Of a stretch of DNA of 32,000 bases, positions 25,730 to 32,000 are shown one piece after another. Each line of letters opens with the position of its first letter. Positions within the stretch are counted from its first letter, which is position 1. The notes beneath the pieces were generated by a model. The model searched no databases and had not been told where the DNA came from. It worked only from the letters and a program-made list of their open reading frames with translations. Both the position numbers and the translations under genes were made by a program. Source of the stretch: Vibrio cholerae ATCC 14035 (lineage in GTDB: Bacteria > Pseudomonadota > Gammaproteobacteria > Enterobacterales > Vibrionaceae); assembly GCF_000621645.1 (NCBI RefSeq), contig NZ_JHXR01000014.1, forward strand, positions 60,001 through 92,000. Reading direction: 5' to 3'.

Positions 25730-28095
25730 GTTTGACCACTCGCCACACCATAGGCGCAAGACTGTTGCTGGCATTTGCGTTCAGCACTTCGCTTTTGACT
25801 ATCGTGAGCTTAGTGGCTTGGGGTACATGGAGCCGACTGGATTATCAAGTGGCGGAACTGCTCAATCAAAGCGTACCCAAGTACAACACCAGCTATGTAT
25901 TGGAAACCCGCAGTTCAGAGATTCGCAGACGAATTCAACTGATCGTCAGTGCAACCAGCAAAGTGACACTCAACCAGCAATATCAGCGTTTGCAAGAGGA
26001 TTTCACCGCGATCCACGCAGCGTTGGCGAGTTTGCCACAAAATGAACAGCAAGCGGCGCTGCAACAAGGGTACACAGAGTTGCGGCAAACCACGCAACAG
26101 ATTAACGATCTGGTTTCGGCTCGGATTGATGTCGACCGACGTTTAGCTCTGTTTGCGGAGCAGTTGGATTGGCTGCATCAAGATATTGGGATGGAGCTGT
26201 CGCCGATGCGCCAAGAGCTGCAGTGGCAATTAGAGCGAGGTGGCGCAGCCCAGCCACAAGCCCAAGTGATGTTTCAGACCATTAATCTTATTCAAACTAT
26301 CTTAGATGGTGAAACCCAAGCCTTTTTGTTTGTGGATGAACTACTGAAAGCCAAGCATCTCACCCAAGTGGATAACGGCATGCGCGTTTTGCAGTATCGA
26401 CTTGATGAATTGAGCCGATTAAGCCAACCGCTATTTACTCAGCCATCGTCGATTGCCTATCAACAACTGCTTGAAGAGTGGCGTAATGTGCTGCGTTTAG
26501 AGGGCGATTTTCAGCAAAGCCTGCGTGATAGGGTGGTGCTGACCCAAAAGTTAGAGAGCACGAGTGAACAACTGCAAATTCAGCTCGATCAACAGCATAC
26601 GGCAATCGCAGATTTGGTGGCGAATGCGGATGCGCTGTTTGTACAAGTCAAAGGACAAACGGCTCAATTGGTGCAAGAAGGTAACCGAGTGCTGCTGATC
26701 TGCTTTGGGCTCTCCATCGGTTTGAGCTTGTTGCTGATGTATTACTTTGTGCATAAACGGATTGTCGGACGCTTACACCGCTTAAGTGAAAGCTTGGATG
26801 CGATTATTCATAACGATCTTTCTCACCCGATCACCGTGGATGGTAAAGACGAGATCGGGGCATTGAGTGAACAGCTCATCTTGTATGGCAAAAAAGTGGA
26901 AGAGATGGAACGCACTAACGCGTTGAGTCTCATCAATAACACGCAAGCGAGTCTGATCACCTGTGATCGGTATGGGCAAATTGAATCCGCCAACCCGAGT
27001 GCGATGGCCACGCTGCGTTTAGAATCTCTCGCGCAACCCTTGACGCTATGGAGCTGTTTTGCTAAACACGTACAACCTAAAGTCGGTCAATTATTTGATA
27101 AGAAAGGGAATTTAATTCAGAAAGGGGCGGAGAGTTTAACCTTATCACTCGGTAATCCAGAAAAGCCTCATTACTTGCGCCTCTATTTGCGCCGCTACAG
27201 CCAAGGCTTGCACGATAAAATCATTGTCACCATCACCGATGTGACCGACCAAGAACACGCCAATCGCTTGTTAGAGCAACGAGTCAAAGAGAAAACCCAA
27301 TCACTGCGCGAGAAAAACCGTGAGTTACAAGCGGAGGTCGAAGAGCGCCAGCGCGCTGAAGCGCACTTGAAGAAAACACAAGGCGAGCTGATCCAAGCGG
27401 CGAAAATGGCGGTCGTTGGGCAGACCATGACCAGTCTTGCCCATGAGTTGAATCAGCCGTTGAGTGCGATGTCGGCTTATCTGTTTTCAGCTCGATTGGC
27501 ATTAGAGGAGGCACCACAGGCTCAACTGGCAACATCGCTCGACCATATCGAAAATCTCACTGAGCGAATGGGTAAGATTGTGAACAGTCTGCGCCATTTC
27601 GCCCGCAAAAACAGCAGCGATGAATCGTTGCAGCCCGTGCGGCTCAACAGCGTTGTAGAACAAGCATTGGTATTGGTGCAAACCAAAGCGAAACGACAGC
27701 AGATCAAACTTATCAATACCTTACCCGATGATCTCATGGTAATGGCGGATGCATTGAGTTTAGAGCAGGTCTTAATCAATCTGATTGTGAATGGCTGTGA
27801 TGCTTCAACAACCTTCGCGCAACCTTGGGTCAAGCTGATTGCGTTAGGCACAGAGCAAGGGATGCAGCGGATTGCGGTGATTGATAGTGGGCAGGGTTTT
27901 GAACACGAAGTCGTTGATAAATTATTTACCCCATTTACTACCACCAAAGAGGTGGGCTTGGGGCTTGGGCTGAGCATTTGCCAGTCATTAGTGGAAAAGA
28001 TGCAAGGCCGGATTGCACTGGCCTCTAATTTGGAAAAAGGTGCAATGGTTATTTTGGAGTTACAGCAAGATGAAAAGTACCGTACTGCTGATTGA
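25726..28095 (+). CDS. pgtB: Sensor histidine kinase PgtB-like
   Basis: ATGA overlap with pgtC. Two TM segments flank a large periplasmic domain, followed by HAMP, a PAS-like region, H-box SLAHELNQPLSA, N-box LINLIVNGCDA and G-boxes DSGQGF and GLGLGLSIC. Confidence 0.75.
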   Translation: MSLTTRHTIGARLLLAFAFSTSLLTIVSLVAWGTWSRLDYQVAELLNQSVPKYNTSYVLETRSSEIRRRIQLIVSATSKVTLNQQYQRLQEDFTAIHAALASLPQNEQQAALQQGYTELRQTTQQINDLVSARIDVDRRLALFAEQLDWLHQDIGMELSPMRQELQWQLERGGAAQPQAQVMFQTINLIQTILDGETQAFLFVDELLKAKHLTQVDNGMRVLQYRLDELSRLSQPLFTQPSSIAYQQLLEEWRNVLRLEGDFQQSLRDRVVLTQKLESTSEQLQIQLDQQHTAIADLVANADALFVQVKGQTAQLVQEGNRVLLICFGLSIGLSLLLMYYFVHKRIVGRLHRLSESLDAIIHNDLSHPITVDGKDEIGALSEQLILYGKKVEEMERTNALSLINNTQASLITCDRYGQIESANPSAMATLRLESLAQPLTLWSCFAKHVQPKVGQLFDKKGNLIQKGAESLTLSLGNPEKPHYLRLYLRRYSQGLHDKIIVTITDVTDQEHANRLLEQRVKEKTQSLREKNRELQAEVEERQRAEAHLKKTQGELIQAAKMAVVGQTMTSLAHELNQPLSAMSAYLFSARLALEEAPQAQLATSLDHIENLTERMGKIVNSLRHFARKNSSDESLQPVRLNSVVEQALVLVQTKAKRQQIKLINTLPDDLMVMADALSLEQVLINLIVNGCDASTTFAQPWVKLIALGTEQGMQRIAVIDSGQGFEHEVVDKLFTPFTTTKEVGLGLGLSICQSLVEKMQGRIALASNLEKGAMVILELQQDEKYRTAD

Positions 28096-29332
28096 TGACG
28101 ATCAGGATGTGTTGGATTCCTACCTACATTTGATGTCGATTGCCGGATTAACCGCCAAAGCGGTGATCGATCCTACTCAAGCCATGAGCCACATCCAACC
28201 CGATTGGAATGGCGTCGTGCTGCTGGATATGTACATGCCTCAACTGCATGGCATGGAATTGCTCAAGCAGATCAAAGCCGTAGACGACAAAATTCCGGTC
28301 ATCGTGATCACAGGACACGGTGATATCCCGATGGCGGTGGAAGCGGTCAAAATGGGCGCGTGTGATTTTCTCGAAAAACCGATCAATCCTCCGCAATTGC
28401 TCACGCTGATCAAGCAACATCTTGAGCTGCGTCGCTCGTTCATCGAGCAAAAGCTGCTGTTATCCCGTTCAGTCAAACGTGAATTAGTCGGAAAATCAGC
28501 ACAAATGGAGCAAATTCGCTCTCATGTGGCGCAATATGCGCTGCTGAATCGCCATGTGGTGATAGTGGGGGAGTCGGGCTGTGGGCGGCACACCATCGCC
28601 TACCTTATCCATCAACTGACCACCAATAACGGTCACTTGCCCTGGGTTGAGTTAGTCGCTTCGGCCAAAACCGAGTGGAGTACCGTTGAACCTAAAGTGC
28701 AAGAGAGTGCGGGTGGAACCTTGTTGATTGACCATATTGAGTTGCTCAGCGAGGAAGTGCAGCGCAATGTGGTACAGAGTTTACTCAACCAAGAGCGACT
28801 CAATCGCCCCAGAACGCGAGTGATTGCGGTGATTGATCAGCCACCCGAGCAGTTAATTGCTCAAAACCAGCTTTTGCCAGAGCTTTACTATTTGCTCAAT
28901 CAAGGGCAGATCGATGTGCCTTTGTTGCGTCAAAGACCCGATGACATTGCGGCGCTGTTTCACTACTTCCTAAAACAGAGCTGCTATAAGCTCGGCAAAC
29001 CCATGCCCAATGTTGAGCCGCATTATCTTGCCTTGTTGCGCGCCCACCAATGGCCGGGGAATGTGCGCGAGCTGCGTAATGTGGCGGAGTTGTATGCGAT
29101 TGGCATTGTAAAACTGGCGGGCAAAGAGCGTCTCTACAATCAAGAAGAGATGCTGTCGCCATTGGATGAGCTGGTGGACGATTACGAAAAGCAAGTGATT
29201 GAAGATGCGCTGTTTCTGTTTTCTGGCCGAGTAGCCGATGCCGCGAACTACCTACAAGTGCCGCGTAAAAAGCTCTATCTGAGAATGAAAAAGCATGGTT
29301 TAGAGAAAGATGCGTTTAAAGCCCGAGGTTAG
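28070..29332 (+). CDS. pgtA: NtrC-family response regulator PgtA-like, with a degenerate AAA+ (sigma54-interaction) domain
   Basis: Receiver (LLIDDD..., VVLLDMYMP, KP), a central AAA+ region (GESGCGRH ... GGTLLIDHIE ... WPGNVRELRN) and a C-terminal Fis-type HTH (AANYLQVPRKKLYLRMKKHGL). The ATG at 28070 overlaps the pgtB end by 26 nt. The ORF-track start at 28013 adds a non-receiver leader. Confidence 0.75.
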   Translation: MKSTVLLIDDDQDVLDSYLHLMSIAGLTAKAVIDPTQAMSHIQPDWNGVVLLDMYMPQLHGMELLKQIKAVDDKIPVIVITGHGDIPMAVEAVKMGACDFLEKPINPPQLLTLIKQHLELRRSFIEQKLLLSRSVKRELVGKSAQMEQIRSHVAQYALLNRHVVIVGESGCGRHTIAYLIHQLTTNNGHLPWVELVASAKTEWSTVEPKVQESAGGTLLIDHIELLSEEVQRNVVQSLLNQERLNRPRTRVIAVIDQPPEQLIAQNQLLPELYYLLNQGQIDVPLLRQRPDDIAALFHYFLKQSCYKLGKPMPNVEPHYLALLRAHQWPGNVRELRNVAELYAIGIVKLAGKERLYNQEEMLSPLDELVDDYEKQVIEDALFLFSGRVADAANYLQVPRKKLYLRMKKHGLEKDAFKARG

Positions 29333-29946
29333 GGGATGACGGACAAGGTTAGTAAAGCCTGCGCGCTGTAGTAACTAAACATCACCACATGTCGTGAAAA
29401 CTGCGATGAAGAGCGAAATCGGTCAATGGCTAGCACCAAATCGGAAAGCATAAACATCGCCGCCCCCATGAGAGCAAGGCGTGAGGCATTGTTGTTATAA
29501 CCTAGCCAGTACTCTGTGGCGGTGCACGCCATGAATACGATAACGGCAATGTAGCCCGCAACTGGAAAAGTCATTTTGCCAAGGTTGGGCAGTAGCAGTA
29601 AAAAAGCGATGACGCCCAGTGCTGACCAAATGGCGAGCGGCCACCAAGTAAAGGTGGTGATGGTGGTGCTAAAACCGAGCGTATAAGCGATGTGGGCCAG
29701 CAGAAAAGCCAGCAAACCAGAGACAAATTTATCCTTTGGATGCATCAGTAATATGTCGCCAAGCGCTGAGAGCAAAAGGCCTGCCACGATCCACCACGCA
29801 AAATCGGATAATGGGTTAGGGGTGATCACAATCGACAAGGCCATCAGCAGGATCGGGGTGGGCTTCGAGAGATAGAACATCCAACGTGGACCGCGATCAA
29901 TCGTGATTAATTGAACAACACAAAGAGCAATAATCAACAGCCACAT
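29329..29946 (-). CDS. yhhN: YhhN-family membrane protein (lysoplasmalogenase-like)
   Basis: MWLLIIALC...DRGPRWMFYLSKP...LSALGDILL aligns from residue 1 with E. coli YhhN (about 208 aa). The longer ORF-track version (GTG at 30066) would start inside the terminator hairpin of the upstream gene and read through the 12-bp tandem repeat as (ADVI)n. Confidence 0.8.
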   Translation of the reverse strand: MWLLIIALCVVQLITIDRGPRWMFYLSKPTPILLMALSIVITPNPLSDFAWWIVAGLLLSALGDILLMHPKDKFVSGLLAFLLAHIAYTLGFSTTITTFTWWPLAIWSALGVIAFLLLLPNLGKMTFPVAGYIAVIVFMACTATEYWLGYNNNASRLALMGAAMFMLSDLVLAIDRFRSSSQFSRHVVMFSYYSAQALLTLSVIP

Positions 29947-29954
29947 AACTCTAT

Positions 29955-30032
29955 CCGCAATAACATCCGCAATAACATCCGCAATAACATCCGCAATAAC
30001 ATCCGCAATAACATCCGCAATAACATCCGCAA
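29955..30032. repeat. Tandem repeat, 12-bp unit CCGCAATAACAT x 6.5 (VNTR-like)
   Basis: Six perfect units lie at 29955-30026, followed by a partial seventh (CCGCAA). The array ends 8 nt upstream of the yhhN ATG. Confidence 0.95.
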
Positions 30033-30051
30033 AACGACCATAAACGAAACT

Positions 30052-30093
30052 CAAAAAATGCAGCACGCCATCCGCATTGGATTGACGTGCTGC
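30052..30093 (-). terminator. Intrinsic terminator downstream of the alcohol dehydrogenase gene
   Basis: On the minus strand, the GCAGCACG ... CGTGCTGC stem (8 bp, with an inner ATCC/GGAT extension) is followed by ATTTTTTGA. Confidence 0.6.
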
Positions 30094-30144
30094 AAGAGTG
30101 TAACAGGATTTATCGTTTAGCGAATAGCGCTGCTTGGCTCAGAT

Positions 30145-31293
30145 TTAATACAAGGCGTTTTCTAAGATCTTGCGTGACTCTTGTAAGTCAATCGTGCCTT
30201 GTTCACCCAGTTTATGCATACCGTGGGCTGTCAGTTGCTGCAATACCGCATCGACGGCAGCCTCTTTTGCCATGCCGTGTTCACCAAATTGGGTCGCCAC
30301 ATTCAGTTGGTGGTAAAAAGCTTCAATGGCCGCAATGGTTTTTTCCGCTAAATCATCGGATTGCGGTAAACCAAAGACATTTTTGCCCATCTGTTCGAGT
30401 TTGGCTTTTTTATGCTTCAGTTGATTGCGTAGCAGCCAAGGTTGCACAATCGCTAGCGAACGAGCGTGGTCGACATGCCATAACGCAGTGAGCTCATGAC
30501 CGATCATATGCGTTGCCCAGTCTTGCGGTACTCCAGTGCCAATTAAGCCATTTAGCGCTTGGTTGGCTGTCCACATGAGGTTAGCTCGCCATGCGTCATT
30601 GTCTCGATTTACAAAATCTGCGCCTAAGGCTAACAGGTTGCGTAGCAGCACTTCGGCATAGCCTTCTTGCACCATGGCTTGAGTGGGGAGTGTCAAATAC
30701 TGTTCACACACATGCACCCAAGCATCGACTAAACCATTCACCAACTGGCGTTCTGGCAAGCTCTTCATCACATCAGGGTCAAGCACGGCAAAACGTGGCT
30801 GAACGGCGGGAGAGAGAAACGCCAATTTATCTTGTGTTTCCGCTTTGGTGATGACCGCACCAGTATTGGATTCAGAGCCGGTAGCGGGCAGAGTCAAAAT
30901 CGCGCCGATCGGTGTGGCTTGTTTTACGGTGTGTTGCCCGGTCAAAATATCCCAACCATCGCCTTCATAAAATGCTGCGGCGGCCACGTACTTTGAGCCA
31001 TCGATGACCGAGCCACCGCCGACGGCAAGAATAAAGTCAATGTGTTGGTTTTTCACTATGTGCACCGCTTTATCCAGTGTTTCCTTGGTTGGGTTAGGCT
31101 CAACACCGGAAAATTCAACCCATTGATGTTCACTTAGTGCCTCAACCACTTGGTCATAAACGCCATTACGTTTAATGGAACCACCACCATACAGCACTAA
31201 CACTTTGTGATCTTTTGGAATATCCCGACGGATGCTGGCGATCTGCCCCTGTCCAAAATGGATCATGGTTGGGTTGACGTAACTAAACTGCAT
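30145..31293 (-). CDS. yqhD: Iron-containing (group III) NADPH-dependent alcohol dehydrogenase/aldehyde reductase, YqhD-like
   Basis: Collinear with E. coli YqhD: YGGGS.K..GV.DQV..AL ... E..G.EPNP..ETL ... LAVGGGSV.DG.K..AAA ... LTLPATGSESN.GAVI ... ALNGLIG.GVPQDWATHM.GHELTA. A strong SD (GAGGTG) lies before the ATG. Confidence 0.85.
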   Translation of the reverse strand: MQFSYVNPTMIHFGQGQIASIRRDIPKDHKVLVLYGGGSIKRNGVYDQVVEALSEHQWVEFSGVEPNPTKETLDKAVHIVKNQHIDFILAVGGGSVIDGSKYVAAAAFYEGDGWDILTGQHTVKQATPIGAILTLPATGSESNTGAVITKAETQDKLAFLSPAVQPRFAVLDPDVMKSLPERQLVNGLVDAWVHVCEQYLTLPTQAMVQEGYAEVLLRNLLALGADFVNRDNDAWRANLMWTANQALNGLIGTGVPQDWATHMIGHELTALWHVDHARSLAIVQPWLLRNQLKHKKAKLEQMGKNVFGLPQSDDLAEKTIAAIEAFYHQLNVATQFGEHGMAKEAAVDAVLQQLTAHGMHKLGEQGTIDLQESRKILENALY

Positions 31294-31465
31294 CTGCTCA
31301 CCTCATTAGTATGGTTTTTGGAGTAGCCGTGAATCGGAAAAACGAGCAGCCCAAGCTGCCGTTAGCCCACAAGTTTATAGGCTGAATGCTATTACGCATC
31401 TGCAAAACACAATAGGTCATTTTGCGAGGAAATTTTGTGTATTGTGCGAGGAAATGGGCATTTCA

Positions 31466-31592
31466 TATCCCCTTCCTACTTGAAGTTGCCGCGGTGTTGG
31501 CTACGTTCGTTCACCCCAATCACATAGTTTGCCTATGCTCATGGGGAGTCACTCACTTGCTGCCTACCTGTAACTCCAAGTTGTTTGGGTAT
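31466..31592. repeat. Full-length ERIC (enterobacterial repetitive intergenic consensus / IRU) element, 127 bp
   Basis: Terminal inverted repeats ATATCCCCTTCCTACTTGAAGTTGCCGCGG ... CTCCAAGTTGTTTGGGTAT and a central CACCCCA..TGGGGAGTCACTCACTTGC core resemble the remembered ERIC consensus (..GGGGTGAGCG..GCAACTTGAAGTATGACGGGTAT). The length fits the canonical 127 bp. Confidence 0.8.
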
Positions 31593-31710
31593 CGCAAGGG
31601 TTAACAAAAGAGGAAGTAAAATTATTGATGTTTTACTCTTTTGTAACAATAAGCATAGTTGTAGGCTTGTGCTCCCTCTTAGGAAAAATTGTCACACAAA
31701 AATTGTTGAA

Positions 31711-31745
31711 CCCCGTATTTTGTTCTGAAAAACGGGGCTTTTTTT
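31711..31745 (+). terminator. Intrinsic terminator with no annotated plus-strand gene upstream
   Basis: CCCCGTATTTT-GTTCTG-AAAAACGGGG followed by CTTTTTTTAT. The stem is 11 bp with one mismatch, and the T-run is 7 nt. Confidence 0.7.
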
Positions 31746-31795
31746 ATGGTGAAAAATTTATGAGTAATTCGTTGTTGATGCAAAATAACTCGCTT

Positions 31796-31811
31796 TGATT
31801 TGCATAAATCA
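31796..31811. promoter_or_regulatory. 16-bp palindrome TGATTTGCATAAATCA upstream of the right-edge gene
   Basis: 6-bp perfect arms around GCAT, flanked by AACTCGC / GCGAGT inverted repeats (31787-31793 and 31823-31828). It lies about 155 nt before the ATG at 31965. Confidence 0.25.
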
Positions 31812-31964
31812 GACACTCGTTTGCGAGTCATTATTAAAATTCACACTTTTTTGAGTGCCAAATTATCCCTCTATTCTAAAGTTGTTTTACGCAAGATTTT
31901 AAGTGAGCCGATGTCGACGTGGTTTATTTAATGGTTGAAATAATAACTTGAGGGAAGAACAACA

Positions 31965-32000
31965 ATGCGTGTACTCGAAGGAAAAGCAGGGAAGAGTGTT
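31965..32000 (+). CDS. 5' end of an unidentified gene (only 12 codons are visible)
   Basis: ATG preceded by GAGGGAAG. The ORF (MRVLEGKAGKSV) is open to the window edge, which is too short to identify. Confidence 0.3.
   Translation, partial: MRVLEGKAGKSV

Noticed and set aside
29329-29332. pgtA (+) and yhhN (-) stop codons overlap (TTAG), leaving no intergenic space for terminators.
   Set aside because: The overlap is real in the sequence, but it is a common arrangement for convergent genes and nothing further can be inferred from it here.
29947-30066. The 245-aa version of the YhhN protein, starting at the GTG at 30066 with an (ADVI)6 N-terminus.
   Set aside because: The GTG lies inside the stem of the upstream gene's terminator. 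YhhN homologues align from the ATG at 29946. It is kept as an alternative in the VNTR finding rather than as the primary call.
31422-31604. 60-aa plus-strand ORF.
   Set aside because: It is read almost entirely through the ERIC repeat and lacks an SD sequence, so it is most likely an artefact of the repeat.

Overview
The window reads as core chromosome of a Vibrio cholerae-type small chromosome. From memory, gene order matches the VCA0702-VCA0727 neighbourhood; this was not checked against a database.

Gene content, left to right:
- The 3' part of an AT-rich SMC/ABC-type ATPase gene, cut by the window edge.
- A roughly 420-bp array of GC-rich palindromic repeats.
- cobQ, tightly joined to modABC.
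- An orphan HMG-CoA reductase preceded by two small unknown ORFs.
- The NO-sensing pair hnoX-hnoK.
- yccS and helD.
- A PepSY/cytochrome b561 pair.
- dgkA, pncA, mgsA.
- torT/torS.
- A PykA-type pyruvate kinase next to the phosphoglycerate transport locus pgtP / pgtCBA.
- A YhhN-family membrane protein.
- A YqhD-like alcohol dehydrogenase.

I see no rRNA, tRNA, CRISPR array, IS element or integrase. I cannot point to a complete novel multi-gene system inside the window.

The most unusual items are:
1. The truncated AT-rich ATPase plus repeat array at the left edge. It is probably the end of an acquired, defence-like island whose body lies outside the window.
2. A 12-bp x 6.5 tandem repeat between a terminator and the conserved start of yhhN.
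3. A PgtA regulator whose sigma54-type AAA+ domain lacks GAFTGA and has altered Walker motifs.
4. An in-frame 9-bp tandem duplication inside the catalytic TTE..LVAS motif of HMG-CoA reductase.
5. An apparent operon of two small unknown ORFs with the orphan reductase.
6. ERIC elements, and an orphan intrinsic terminator at the right end.

All coordinates were read by hand from the sequence. Homology calls rest on remembered family motifs, not on searches.
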